A stretch of 62,311 nucleotides of DNA, filler included, from Chiloscyllium plagiosum (GCF_004010195.1; 3 parts of one record of this genome joined end to end with filler, not necessarily neighbours in it), one strand, 5' to 3'; positions 37,735 through 51,164 are shown, numbered from the whole stretch's first letter. The notes: generated by a model from the letters alone, not told the origin. Made by a program: numbers and translations.

Positions 37735-40512
37735 ATTCAGGAGCTGAGTGGGAGTTGGGAGAGTGAGGGGATGAATGGGAGAGTGAGGAGCTGAGTAGGA
37801 GAGTGAGGAGCTGAGTGGGAGAGTGAGGAGCTGTGTGGGAATGGGAAGGGTGAGGAGCTGAGTGGGAGAGGGGAGAGTGAGGAGCTGAGTGGGAGGGCTC
37901 ACTCCATGCTCTGGGAATGTGAGTGAAGTAATTTTTTTTATATATTGTGTGATTAGTAAAAACTTTTATTTTTAATTTCTCTAAGATCAGACTAAATTAA
38001 ACTTAAGATTAAAAATGGCAGGAGACCTCAGATCAGTGTTATCGTCCTCTTGCTCAATACGGGAGCTCAGGGACACGGCTGTTGTCCCTGAGTCCTTCAT
38101 GAGCAGGAAGTGTGTCGAGCTGCAGCTGATGTTTGACCGCATGATGGCTCTGGAGCTGTGGATGGACTCACTGTGGAGCATCCGTGGTGCTGACGAGGTC
38201 CTGGGTAGCACATTCAGTGAACAGGTCACACTGCAGGTTAGAGTTGCTGAGGGGGACAGTGAATAGGTGACCAAAAGGCAGAGAAAGTGTAGGAAGGCAG
38301 TGGAGGTGTCCTCTGCGGTCATCTCCCTCCAAAGCAGGTATACCGTTTTGGATACTGTTGGGGGAGATGGCTCACCAGGGGAAGGCAGCAGTAGCCAGGT
38401 TCATGACACCATGGCTGGCTCTGCTGTACAGAAGGGTGGGAAGAAGAGGGGAAGGCTATAGTCTATAGAGGGGATTATATTGTAAGGGGAGTAGATAGGT
38501 GGTTCTGTGGTCAAAAACGAGACTCCCGAATGGTATGTTACCTCCCAGGTACCTCCCGGGTCAGAGATGTCACAGATCAGCTGTAGAGCGTTCTGAAGAG
38601 GGGGAGGAGTTGCATTACTGGTCAGTGAGGATATCACAGCTGTGCTGAAGGAGGGCACTATGAAGGGCTTGGCCAGTGAGGCAATGTGGGCAGAGCTCAA
38701 AAATAGGAAGGGTGCAGTAACAACATTGGGCACTACTACAGGCCTCCCAATGGCAAACGTGGGATAGAGATACAAATATGTAAACACATGGTGGAAAGGA
38801 AAAGATGTAGGAGCAACAGGGCGGTGGTGATAGGAGATATTAATTTTCCCACATTCACTGGGATTCATTGTTAGAGGTCTAGATGGAGCAGAATGTGTAA
38901 GGAGCATCCAGGAGGGTTTTCTAGAGTAGTATTAAACAATCCAACTCGTAAAGGGCCATACTGGACCTGGTGTTGGGGAATGAACCCGGCCAGGTGGTTG
39001 AAATTTCAGTGTGGGATTACTTTAGGAACAGTGATCACGATTCCATAAGTTTTAGAACATTCATGGACAAAGACAAGAGTGGCCCTAAAGGAAGAGTACT
39101 AAATTGGGGGAAGGCCAACAGCTGGGGAATGTGGATTGGGAGCAGCTGTTTGAGGGTAAAACCACATTTGATATGTGGGAGGCTTTTAAAGAGAGGTTGA
39201 TTAGAGTGCAGGACAGATATGTCCCTGTGAAAATGAGGGATAGAAATGGCAAGATTAGGGAATCATTGATGACAGTTGAAATTGTGAGACTCGCTAAGAG
39301 GAGAAAGGAAGCATACATAAAGTCTAAGTGACTGAAGACAGATGAAGCTTTGGAAGAATATTGGGAACGTAGGATCAATCTGAAATGAGGAATTAAGCGG
39401 GCTAAAAGGGGTCATGCGAGATCTTTAGAAAACAGGGTTAAAGAAAATCCCAAGGCCTTTTATTCATACATAAGGAACAAGAGGATAACTAGAGAAAGGG
39501 CTGGCCCACTCAAGGACAAAGGAGGAAAGATATGCATAGAGTCAGAGAAAATGAGTAAGATTCTTAATGAGTACTTTGCATTCGTATTCACCGAGAAGAG
39601 GGAAATGACAGATGTTGAAGTTAGGGATAGATCTTTGATTACTGTAGGTCAACTCAGCATAAGGAGGGAGGAAGTGTTGTGTATTTGAAAAGGTATTAAG
39701 TGGACAAGTCCCCAGAACTGGATGGGATCTATCCCAGGTTATTAAGAGAAGTGAGAGAGGAAATAGCTGGGGCCTGAACCGATATGTTTGCAGCATCCTT
39801 GAACACGGGTGAGGTCCCAGAGGACTGCAGAATTGCTAATGTTGTCCCCTTATTTAAGAAGGGTTGCAGGGATAATCCATGTAATTATAGACCGGTGAGC
39901 CTGACATCAGTGGTAGGGAAGCTGCTGGAGAAGATACTGAGGGATAGGATATATTCCCATTTGGAAGAAAATGGGCTCATCAGCATGGTTTTGTGCGGGA
40001 AGGTCATGTTTTATCAACTTAGCTTTCTCTGAGGAAGTGACAAAGTTGATTGATGATGGAAGGGCTGTAGATGTCATATACATGGACTTCAATAAGGTGT
40101 TTGATAAGGTTCCCCATGGTAGGCTGATGGAGGAAGTGAAGTCACATAGGGTGAAGGGTGTTCTAGCTAGATGGATAGAGAACTGGCTGGAAACAGGAGA
40201 CAGAGAGTAGTAGTGGAAGGGCGTTTCTCAAAATGGAGACCTGTGACCAGTGGTGTTCCACAGGGATCAGTGCTGGGGCCACTGTTGTTTGTGATATACA
40301 TAAATGATCTGGAGGAAAGTATAGGTGGTCTGATTAGCAAGTTTGCAGATGACACTAAAATTGGTGGAGTAATAGATAGTGAGGGGATTGTCAGAGAATG
40401 CAGCAGAATATAGATAGATAGAAGAGTTGGGCAGAGAAATGGCAAAAGGAGTTCCATCCGGACAAATGGAAGATGATGCATTTTGGAAGATCCAATTCAA
40501 GATCGAACTATA
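37735..40512 (+). mobile_element. Near full-length decayed CR1 (5' UTR repeats, ORF1, EN, RT)
   Basis: (gagtgaggagctgagtggga)n leader; ORF1 38015.. MAGDLRSV..SCS...[58 protein letters not shown]; frameshifted and internally deleted. Confidence 0.92.
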
Positions 40513-40514
40513 TC

Positions 40515-40725
40515 AATCACATTCCCAGCTACCTTCCCCCAGCCCTACCACCCCTTCCATTTATCTCTCAGTCTCCCTGCCCCACAAGCCTCATTCTTGA
40601 TGAAGGGCTTTTGCCCAAAACATCAATTTTCCTGCTCCTCAGATGCTGCCTGACCTGCAGTGCTTTTCCAGCATCACATTCTTGACACTGAGCTCCAGCA
40701 TCTGCAGTCCCTGCTATCACCTCCA
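40515..40725 (+). mobile_element. Penelope family A 3' tail
   Basis: ctcattcttgatgaagggcttttgcccaaaacatc...ccagcatctgcagtcc. Confidence 0.85.
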
Positions 40726-41694
40726 AGAAATACACTCTAGCTTATTGACAACAGATAGCTAGCTTCAGAATAAGTTTCTTCTCTTTAAGCAAACATGCTC
40801 TCACTGCAGGATCTCTAACGTGATCACCTTTCAGTCGTTTAAATTCAGATGATTCAGCTAAATCTTTCAGTGCGGTTATATAGTCTCCTTCCCTCCTTGG
40901 GCTCTGATGTTGAATAAATATTAATGATAAGTAAAATTAATATGGATTATGCCTTCAAAGCTTGAGAAATCTCTCATGTTTGACATTGATTAGATTACAT
41001 TACAGTGTAGAAACAGGCCCTTCGGCCCAACAAAATCTCTCATGTTTGACATTGTTGCTCCTCAGTGATACCTGGCCTTCCCCAACCCTGACAGCACAGT
41101 TCCAAATCTTCCAGCCTCAGCTTTCAGAAGTTTTAAAAGTACTTTTGCTGCTATTTTGTAGTTTGCCATTGCAAGTAGAAAACAAGTTCCAATTCTGTCT
41201 CATATTTCTTCTCACTTCACACGGCAGCAGGGGATGGAAAAGGCACTGATATTTTGACTCAGGCAATTGCTGACAATTTAATGGAATTTTCTTTTCCTTG
41301 CTGTTTCTTTCAGTAGCTGGCTCACATACAGCTCTGAAAATCCACATGTTTTCAGCTCCATGTCTGAGGTGAAGTTTGCGCCATTCTCCCAAAGACTGGA
41401 TACAAAGGCACTGACAGCAACTGGAGAGGTAATTTGACTTCAATTAACACAAAGTACAGTTACATTTCCCTAAGACTTTAATTTGTGTGGGTTGAGATGT
41501 GTGAAGAGGCTAGAGTTAATTTTGGAAAGTGTAAAGTACTTACAAATGATGAATTCTGTGACTGCTGTGAAGCTGAGTGTGATAAAGTTCTTGGTAGCCC
41601 TAGCAGTTAGAGGACCTATTGTCATAATTTAGAAATATCCATAGCCTGCGTTTTCCATGTGTCTAGAAGGATTCCGTCTTACATATAAAGCATA

Positions 41695-41895
41695 AGTAAA
41701 GTTGTCACAGTCTTACCAGACCAATAGGCTGCTCTGTCATCAGAGAGACATGTCGGGCAGTGGTTTAACCTGAGGGTCACCATGCCTCAAGTGAGGGGCA
41801 AGGTTGAGAAGGAGAGTCCATTATGGTAACCTCAGCTGATGCTGGAATTGAACCCACGCTGTTGGTTACAAATCCACCATCTAAGCTAACCTGAC
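41695..41895 (-). mobile_element. tRNA-derived SINE
   Basis: Same family as 22083-22295; B-box-like gggttcaattcc on the reverse strand. Confidence 0.7.
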
Positions 41896-43079
41896 CTCCT
41901 GTCCTGTACACACCTGGGTATGAAAGAGTTAACATAATGGTCAACAGGTGTGATACAGCATGCTCCCCATTTATTAGATTTATGTATGTGCCATCATACT
42001 ACCACAGAGCCATTTATTTAAAATCATTGTTCATTTTCTCAGGAAACAGCAAATGATGAAAGTTTATTACTTATTTTAAAAATCCATACACCAAGCAAGC
42101 ACAGTTTCTGTAGCCTACAATGTGTCTTCATGAATTAGATTCTAACTTCATCATTACAGTATATCACATACTTTACAGGCTGCATCAGAATTATCAGAAA
42201 GAATGCAATCATTGTTTGACTTCTAGTGAACAATATTAAGTATTAAATTGTAAGATGACAGACCTGTCACCCATTCTGCATTGTGTCACAGTATGTCTTG
42301 AGTTGGCTTTATGCAGCCTTTTCTCATTATCCTGGTAATTTTAATCTGTCTTCAACTATAATTTTTTTTCTACAATAGAAATTATTCTTGTATCAGAGAA
42401 GATCAGCCAGGCAAAATAGGTTCCTCTGATGAAATAGCTGACATATTGTGATTAGGTGTATGAAATGTATTTTAGCTTTTCACCCTGAATCACCATATAG
42501 ACATGCAGATTGGCATTCTGTACTGAGAGACACTCTCTCATGTGCTTATATTAGATTCAGAATGTAATTTTGAGAGATTGAGAAACAATTTATTCTTATT
42601 TCATCAAACAAAACAGGTAATTTTACAACATTAATTACATTGTATACCTGTGAGATTAGATAGATGTACCTCAGCATCTTAGTAATCATTTTCTAACATC
42701 ATATAATTAATCCTACAAAGGGTCAATTCAATTTATCATTAACATCAGTATTTGGAACAGTAAATACTTTTCAAGGTAAATGCACTGATAATCTTATTCA
42801 ACATATTGGGATATTAGAAACCATTATTGTGTTTGTGTCTGGAACAGTTGAGCCTTTATTTGAAGAATTGCAGAAAAAAGTATATGTTTTTAAGCTAAAT
42901 TTGCATGTTTTAAGGTAGGCCGCGACTGAAAAGGAGACAGAAAGAGAAACACAACAAATAAACAGAATAGAAAACTGACCTTCCCATTTTTAAGGAAACA
43001 AAGACATACTGAAGGATATAGATCAGTCTGAACTGAGCAACAGCAGTTAATAAATCTGCAGGTATAAAACAAACAAGTT

Positions 43080-43670
43080 GGAGAAGACTGGGGAAGACAG
43101 CCCAGTTCCACAATCAGAGATAAGGTTACTCCTGCTATCACCCTGACCTTCCAGTTACCTGCCACGTTAACACCCCACCCTGTTCCCTGGCCACCGCCTT
43201 TGTCTCAGGCTTGTTGCAGTGCTCCAGTGAAGCTCAGCACAAGGTGGAAACACGGAACTTCATTTTCCATTTGGGACCCTGCAGCCTTCAGGTCTCCGTA
43301 TCAGGTTCAACAATGTGAGGCTTTGAGGCAGCTTCTCCCACGTCCTTATCCCAACCCCCACACACTAGGACATGTCACTCCATGGACTACTACCACAAAC
43401 AACCAATTGAAAGCTATTAATAGTCCTCATTGGCAACTATTGATTGTCCCAGACTGACCTTTACCTATTCCTTTGTCTGTCTAATAGTTTCTTTTTCTCT
43501 GGACTCCATCTCCTTCTATTATTTACCCCCCCACCCCAATTTCAGCGTATGTACTCACCTTTTCCCAGCTACCATCAATTCTGAAGGGTCACTGGACCTG
43601 AAACATTAACTCTGCTTTCTCTCTACAGATGCTACCAGTCCTGCTGAGTTTTTCCAGCAATTTCTGTTTT
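43080..43670 (+). mobile_element. Decayed Penelope-like 3' end (GIY-YIG C-terminus) with family C tail
   Basis: SGLLQCSSEAQHKVETRNFIFHLGTLQPSG-like; tail ttctgaagggtcactggacctgaaacattaact. Confidence 0.75.
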
Positions 43671-43803
43671 TGCTACTGCTCTCACTGTTGCTTAGAGATA
43701 CCAATGGTGGGCTTATCCATTCAAAATTGGATTGAGGAGGGTGTGTAGACATGGGATTTGTGGTGAAGACTATGCCCACAGATGCCAGGGTGATTGTGTG
43801 CTG

Positions 43804-43946
43804 GAGGAGAAAGTGAGGTCTGCAGATGCTGGAGATCAAAGTTGAAACTTTATTGCTGGAACAGCACAGCAGGTCAGGCAGCATCCAGGGAACAGGAGAT
43901 TCGACGTTTCGGGCACAGGCCCTTCTTCAGGAAGGGCCTGTGTGCT
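43804..43946 (-). mobile_element. Family A mini-element with intact hammerhead core
   Basis: TSD gtgattgtgtgctg at 43790-43803 and 43947-43960; reverse ttc-CTGAAGA-a-GGGC-ctgt-GCCC-GAAA-CG-TC-gaa. Confidence 0.9.
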
Positions 43947-44114
43947 GTGATTGTGTGCTGCTAGAGGTCAGACTAGCTCCTAGTGAGAGAGGGGCTGAAA
44001 TTCTTAGTAAAAGAGATAGAGTTTTGAAAGACCTTGTGACCATGTGAGATCACCAACATCTGAGAGGATTTTTTCAATTTTGCAATTCTGTAATGAGATA
44101 ATAATGAGGTTGTA

Positions 44115-44805
44115 GAGAACATAAGAACAGGAGGAGACCATTCAGCCCCTCAAGCCTACTGTAACATTTAATACAAGCCTGGCTGATCTCATCTCAGCCT
44201 CAACTCCACTCTCCTGTCTACTCTCCATTACTTCAACCCATTACTCATTAAAAACTCTTAAATTTACTCAATGCCCCAACATCCACCACACTCTGGGGCA
44301 GTGATTTCCACGGATTCACAAACTTTTCAGAGAAATAATTTTTTCTCATCTCAGCATTAAATCTGTTACCCCTTGTCCTCAAACTATAACCTCTCATTCT
44401 AGATTGCTTCATGAGGAAACATCTCGCATTCTCCTCATTAATCCCCTATCCCACCTTCTGCGCCTCAATTCAATCTCCTCACATTCTTCTAAACTCAAGT
44501 CTATGGGCCTAAACCGTTCAATGTCAACNNNNNNNNNNNNNNNNNNNNNNNNNNNNNNNNNNNNNNNNNNNNTTAATTAATTAANNNNNNNNNNNNNNNN
44601 NNNNNNNNNNNNNNNNNNNNNNNNNNNNTCTTTCAGCAAGCCAATTACTGATCCAAACTGCTATATCTCCCACAATCCCATTCCTCCACATTTTGTACAA
44701 TAGCCTACTATGGGGAACCTTATCGAACGCCTTGCTGAAATCCATATACACCACATCAACCAGTTTACTCTCATCTACCTATTTGGTCACCTTCTCAAAG
44801 AACTA
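44115..44805 (-). mobile_element. CR1 fragments flanking a gap
   Basis: aacataagaacagg tail; reverse VDVVYMDFSKAFDKVP after the gap. Confidence 0.8.
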
Positions 44806-47039
44806 AGGGAGGGACTACTGAAAGAACTACTGAGGGAGTGCTGTACAATCAGAGCTGCTGTCTTGCAGATTTAAACTGAGACCCATGTCAATATTCCAAG
44901 GTCAATGTTCTTTCTGATTTGTCTTTGCTATATATGACTAGTTAGTTGTATGGAATGCTGGTGTACTGCATACAACTTAATGGAGCATAGATTCTTGTGT
45001 TCGATTTGTACTTTGTGTGCTGGCTTTCAGATTGTGTTGTCAGTGTTCAGCTATGAGGGGACATTGTCCAAGAGCCTATGTTTTACATGTTTTGGAGACA
45101 ATCAATAAAACTATTGTCAAAATGGTGTGTCCTAGTTTCCTTCGTTTTGTCTTTTTTTTCTCTTATCTGCCAATGATTGAGAGGACACAGTTCTGAGAGT
45201 GTTTACGATCTCAGTATTTTGCAGATCCTGTGTCATAGGATATTTGACAGAATTGTCACGGGGTGTGGGGGGAAGTGAGATGTATGGATGGGATGCAACA
45301 TGGAGAAAGCTTCACAGTTTTCAGGAACAGACACTGGATTGCACTCCGAACTGGAATCAGCCGCTGGAGTTTTCCACCCCTTATCCTGGGAAGTTTGCGA
45401 TCAATGGCAGTGTCACTGTAACTGTGACATCAGGGAAATCAATGCAGACTGAGAGTGGGTCATGACCCAGTTAACTCAATGTCACACAATGTGGTGAACC
45501 CATCTTTCAAACCAACAGGAGTTTCTTTTTTCTTACACTATATAGCATCGGTTCCTGAATATTTTAGATTTGTTTTGTTTTGTTAATTGAGGCTTTTCAT
45601 TTATTGGTACACACGGACATAAAGCATACAGCACCCAGCATTTCCCTTTTTCTAATCCAGGCAGAATGACCATGTAAAACTCTGCAAAAATCAAACTTAC
45701 AAGCAATAGCATTCTAGCCTTCTGTAGGAAAATGGCTACGGATTTATAATAGTTACGTAGTTAGATATGATTGTTACAAAAAGTAAAGACCCAGTCCTTT
45801 TCATAACTAGAATGTGCCGTCTCATCACAGTGTGTTGCTGCAAAATGGTGGTGATTGCTTGTGTAATTCCCTCCAACAAAAGTACTTCCACTGAGCTGAA
45901 CTCTGCTGACATGGCAGAGACTTTCAGCCTTTTCGACACAACTCAGCATCTTTATAACATCACTTGTGATTTTTACCAAATTGTGACACTGATCAGTGAT
46001 CTGATTTGTTATCTCAGTACCTAGATGGTATCTCTGCATTAACATGTGACCCAGGCTCACATCATTAATTTATTCTGTTGTTTTAGCAGATTTTGATTTT
46101 ATCAAATAACATTCAATTTGTTTAATTTCTTTTACTGTTTATAGAACAGCTTTCCATAGGTGTGCCTCAATTTCTACTTACACAATTTTAACCCAGGACA
46201 TAGATGCTATTCTGTTTTAAATTATTCCATGGAGTTCAATCAAAATGAATAGTTTGGAACAACATTAGACCTAGAATGTGTGCCATTTCTGACAAGTACC
46301 ATTTTTTTTGTAATAACATTGGGCTGAAGCTAATTTTTTTCGTCTCTTCTTCCATGATGGATATCTCTAAATCCCATGCATTTGGAATAATATTTGATGC
46401 AGGTCTTTTCTGGATCACCTGAGACAAGTAGAGTGAAGAAGCAATGAGCTTAGAGTTGGGAAAGGTTTAATAGAAATTTCTCCAACTGGCAACCCCTTTT
46501 TGAAGCAATTTTCTTTCAGCATTGCCAGACTCAGGTTTGATGGTGACCACCAGGAGGTTTTCATATCTCACCCAAGGCTTTGCTGTTGCTCTGGGAGATA
46601 CCAGTCTTTGACATCTGGATGGGATGATGAAGTAAGATGGGAGAAAGCTCTTGTTGAGGTTAACACCCCGACCCTGCACTGGGAAATGTAAGCAGAGAGG
46701 TTCATGATTCCATTGGACAATCGATCTCATTAGCATGTTGGTTGATTACATGGTCCCTATGAGACTGTGAGAGACACAGAGAATCACTCATGGCTAGGAA
46801 GTTAATATGTGGGAGGCTTCATTGTCCAGACCATTGACTGTAGGAGTTGGGACATCATGTTGAAGCTGTACAGTTTATTCCACATACAAACCACTCTCTG
46901 TGTGTAAAAATATCACAAGGAAAGACAAGAATTAGTTGGTGTTTTTCTTCCTTTTATCTGGTTATCTCTGAATTAGAGCATTACTTTTTTACAGCAGGAG
47001 ATTTCCCCAGGTCTGTGGGGTAATTGTCTTTCAGCCTAG

Positions 47040-47170
47040 TGAAATAACGCCACAGAGGCTGGTATCCCATTACCAAGTCACTGTTCATTTATACATGGAG
47101 AGTCCCTGACACTGATTCAGCTGCCTCAGAGCCACCTCTCAGAGTGAACAGGTTGTCTGACAGTCCTATT
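47040..47170 (-). mobile_element. Partial Gypsy LTR (same family as 35467-35687)
   Basis: tgaaataac...cagctgcctcagagccacctctcagagtgaacag...ctgacagtcctatt. Confidence 0.8.
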
Positions 47171-47815
47171 CACTTTATTTCCCTACACTACTGCCTGACA
47201 GCACTAGTGCTTATTTTTCCCCAGCACCCATGTCGTGTGTGTGCAGGTGTCGGACACAGTGAAAAACAACAAGTGTGTAAATCTTTATTTATATTTCACC
47301 ACCAGGAAGAAAGGAAACACCCGAGTGGCCAGTGACAAGCAGAGCCCTTCACATCAAAGGGCAGTGCTGTGTGATCAAACAGTGAGGGGGAGGGTAGGGA
47401 CTAAATCAAAATAGAGTTGGAGGGGGAAATGATGCACTCCACTCCCTGCGGCGCCCACCTCTCCCTGAACAACTCCAGGGTGTTGGTCGACACCGCGTGC
47501 TCCTTCTAAAAAGGGAGTGCAATCGCCCACACCCAATATATACGTGGTCCACGGACTCCACAGCGCCACAGAACAAGCAGTTGGGCTGGGAGTCCGTGAA
47601 CCACCGCAATCTGCGGTTGCAGGGGACTGCTGCGTGCAGCACCCTCCACCCCAGATCCCCGAGAGAAAGGGGGAGGACTCCCGCGTAGAGAGCCCTCCAC
47701 TGGGGATCCCCACCGCCCGGTGGCAAATGGGCACGCCAAGGCGTGTCCGGACAGTGGATGAGGGAGAAGAGGTGGACGGTGTGCAGCAGCAGTCGATACA
47801 GGGCCCGCCTTTTTA
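47171..47815 (-). mobile_element. Tx1/L1-clade LINE ORF2 C-terminus plus 3' UTR
   Basis: ORF 47406..47828 W..LY.GVLP....DLGWRVLHAAVPCNRRL...CLFCGAVESVDHVYIGC (L1-type CCHC, zf-RVT-like). Confidence 0.9.
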
Positions 47816-48759
47816 TCTCCCTGACCATTACATCTTAACCAAGGACCAGGCAATTAAAGTTTTTAATTGAGATAAAGAAATAATCTGAATTAATTAGAGT
47901 ATTGGCCCAGAGTTCCATCACCTGAATACAGATCTGACGAGACTGCAAGGGAATTTGTTAAGTTCGGGAATTCAGTGATCTAGGGATAACATTGCTGCTT
48001 CCTATGTGAAAAAATAAACAAATAACCATAAGATATCGGACCAGAATTAGGCCATTTGGCTCATCAAGTCTGTTCCTCCATTTGATCATGGCTGATATAT
48101 TTCCCATCCACGTTCTCCTGCCTTCTCTCTCTAATCCTTTATCCCCTTATTCATCAAGATACCCCCTTCCCGATCAACAATAATAAAGAAGGTTAAGTTA
48201 TGATTGCAGGCTTAATTTCAAAAAAGACCCAAAATATATATAACTAGATTTCATAAATTAAACAAGATTAGGTCCTAGATTCAAAAATATAAATAGATAA
48301 CTCAAACCTCAAAAACCTGTTATCAATTGCAATAGAGATGGATGGTAGACATTTATGTGATTCCCAATAGCTGCATCAATAGTAAGTGTCTACATCCTGA
48401 GGAACCTCAGCCCAGAGATATTGAGGTTGAGTCTGAACTGTGCACATTGCGATGAATCAGGGAGGAGGAGAATTACATAGACACTTTGTTCCAGGAGGAA
48501 GTCACACTACCTTGGGTTAGATACTGTAGATTGGCTCTATGGTCAGGAACTATCAATAAAGCAGGAATGGGCATTTTGAAGGTTATATTGGAGGTGTTTT
48601 GTCTTGGGCCAAAAGGATAAAATTCTTGCGGCTTGCAGAGTGGTTAGGGACTAAGCTGATCAGATTAAGCATGTCACTGTGGCATGGCACGTATATACTT
48701 AAAGGTGGAAAATGGAGCAGTTCGAACATTGAAATAAATAAAAGAATTGCAGAGTTCTG

Positions 48760-49180
48760 AAACAAACAAAAGTAGAAATTGCTGAAAAAGCTCAGCAGGT
48801 CAGACAGCGGCTGTGAAGAGAAAACCGAGTTAACTTTTCAGATTCTGTGACCTTTGTTCAGAAATAACAGTAATGAGGTAACAGGGATATTTATGCTAAT
48901 AATGGGGTGGGGTGGGGGGAGGATTCAAATGAGTGGATAGCTAGAGACAGAAAGAGAGAGAGAGAGAAAAAAGTTAGGCAAACAAAGGATTGCTGAAAGT
49001 AAGCCAGGGAAGAAGAGAAGCTAGATTGGTGTTGCTGAGGGCAATGAGTGGGTGAGAATAAGTTGGCAATGCTGAAAGCAGCCCAATTCCTGACAAGGTC
49101 TGGGGTGTGGGCATGGGTACAAGTCATGGAACGAGGGATTGAGTCCTGAAAGCTGTATGCTCCCCAAGTGGAAGATGAGG
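48760..49180 (-). mobile_element. Penelope family C 3' region
   Basis: Reverse of the 43300-43670 type sequence. Confidence 0.6.
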
Positions 49181-49914
49181 TTAACTGAGAATCAATGTAG
49201 TTCAGAGATCAGTGATGGAGATCTTCCGACAGGAGCTGCATCAGGTCAAAGCGAGATCAGGCTAAATCTAGACCTTGACAAATCAAGATCAGGGCTTTGC
49301 TAGATTTGAACTAATTTCATCAGGACTGTTCTAGGACAGAGCAAATCTAGACTGGACAAGGTTGGATCAGAATCTGACTGGATCAGGACCAATCTGGCTA
49401 TAAAAACAGTAAAGCTTGAGAATAACAGCCCTGATCCAAACTCAGAGCCGACTCTCAAGGTGGAACTTCAGTTAGGAAAATTGCCGCTATTGTCATGTTT
49501 TACTGTTTGTTACTTATTAATTCAAACACTCTGTTGTAATCAGTGTGAACAGAAGAAAAATATTTGACCTTCCCCACGTGATCATTACAGACATCTCAGC
49601 AGAAGCTTGACTATTCTGAGCAAGTTCAGAGTTCTGAAGAATGGTTACCAGATCCCGGACCATCAGCTCAGCTTCCTGGCCACAGATGCTGGTCCGATTC
49701 TTCCAGCAATTTCTGGTTTTGTTTCTGATTTTCAACATCTGCAGTTCTTTTGGTGTTTTCTTAACAATTGGGACCTGCTGCGCTTTTCCAGCAACACATT
49801 TTCAGCTACTGGCTTAGTGACCACCAACAATGGGCACAGCAGTGAATTCGCAAGAGAAGGAACAGGAATTCTGATTTCCGGGCAGGCCCGCTCCATGATT
49901 TCCCTGCAACAACA

Positions 49915-50590
49915 CTTTTTTTAAATTTCAAAAATATACTTTATTCGTACAATTATTTTGATATCTATGAGGAGAAAGTGAGGTCTGCAGATGCTGGAGA
50001 TCAGAGCTGGAAATGTGTTGCTGGAAAAGCGCAGCAGGTCAGGCAGCATCCAGGGAACAGGAGAATCGACGTTTCGGGCATAAGCCCTTCTTCAGGAACC
50101 ACAATTGGTCATGCCATTCTTATGCAGACATTGCATTTCTTTACATACAGAGATCAGAATTAATCATTCGTATTTGCAAGTCTGTACATTGACCATCCAG
50201 GTGTTTAGCTGAGGCATCAGCGGAGCCCAATTGCTCCGTGGGCCCCTTGTTCTTCTTAGGCAGGCAGCTGTTACACGGTGGTCTTTCCCCACCGCGCCTT
50301 GACGGCAGCTGCCCCAAGCTTCAGCGCGTCCCTCAACACGTAGTCCTGGACCTTGGAATGTGCCAGTCTGCAACACTCAGTCGGGGTCATCTCCTTCAGC
50401 TGGAAGATAAACAAGTTTCGGACCGCCCAGAGAGCGTCCTTCACCGAGTTGATGATCCTCCAGGCACAGTTGATGCTCGTCTCGGTGTGTGTCCCGGGGA
50501 ACAGGCCGTAGAGCACAGAACGGCTCGGGATGAACCTTGACTGCATTCCTCTCCAGACTTCCTCTGCATAGGCACATTCCAGAACATTCC
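49915..50590 (-). mobile_element. Second Tx1/L1-clade LINE 3' end
   Basis: ORF 50271..50693 LECAYAEEVW...LYGLFPG...INSVKDALW.VRN...ARWGKTTV; poly-T at ~49916. Confidence 0.85.
49969..50097 (-). mobile_element. Family A mini-element (intact hammerhead core) nested in the Tx1 3' UTR
   Basis: Reverse ttcctgaagaagggcttatgcccgaaacgtcgattc...ctcactttctcctc; no TSD seen. Confidence 0.9.
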
Positions 50591-50829
50591 AGTTGAAATG
50601 GTGATTTGCTGGAAGACAGATCTGTGAGCAGCTTAGACACACAAAACCCAGAGTAAGCAGCTCACAATCACAGTGCAGCTGCCCCAATGCCAACGTTTCA
50701 TGGAGTCTGCTTTGTTTGATGGAAAACTGAGATATTGTCAGCCTTCACAGGTTATGGGCTGATATTAACCAGCATTTCTAGGAATTTCAGACTGTATATC
50801 AGAGCTCCAGACCAAACTGGAAGTGAACT

Positions 50830-51122
50830 GCACGGTGGCACAGTGGTTAGCACTGCTGCCTCACAGCCCCAGAGACCAAGGTTCAATTCCCGCCTCAGGC
50901 AACTGTCTGTGTGGAGTTTGCACGTTCTCCCCGTGTCTGCGTGGGTTTCTTCCCACAGTCCAAAAATGTGCGGGTCAGGTGAATTGGTCATGCTAAATTG
51001 CCCCTAGTGTTAGGTGAAAGGGTAAATGTAGGGGAATGGGTCTGGGTGGGTTGCTCTTCGGCGGGTCGGTGTGGACTTGTTGGGCTGTAGGGCCTGTTTC
51101 CACACTGTAAGTAATCTAATCT
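50830..51122 (+). mobile_element. HE1-like SINE
   Basis: tggcacagtggttagca, ggttcaattcc, (taatc)n tail. Confidence 0.92.
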
Positions 51123-51164
51123 ACCCATTGTATTTGGCTCATCAAATCTAACATCTTGTGAGAC

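Noticed and set aside
45199..45465. 88-aa plus-strand ORF in unique DNA
   Set aside because: No recognisable motif, non-ATG start and no convincing splice donor.
45937..45970. C/D-box-like hairpin on minus (cacaa-gtgatgt...ctga-gttgtg); similar atgatga...ctga at ~27182-27205
   Set aside because: Far too short for a snoRNA and no guide sequence recognised.
49190..49620. Degenerate gatcag/aaatctagac repeats followed by TATAAAA
   Set aside because: Possibly a solo LTR, but termini and TSD could not be defined.
49915..50590. Second Tx1-like element as another LTR-targeted insertion
   Set aside because: Different family, and its flanks show no LTR target sequence, so it was excluded from the specificity claim.
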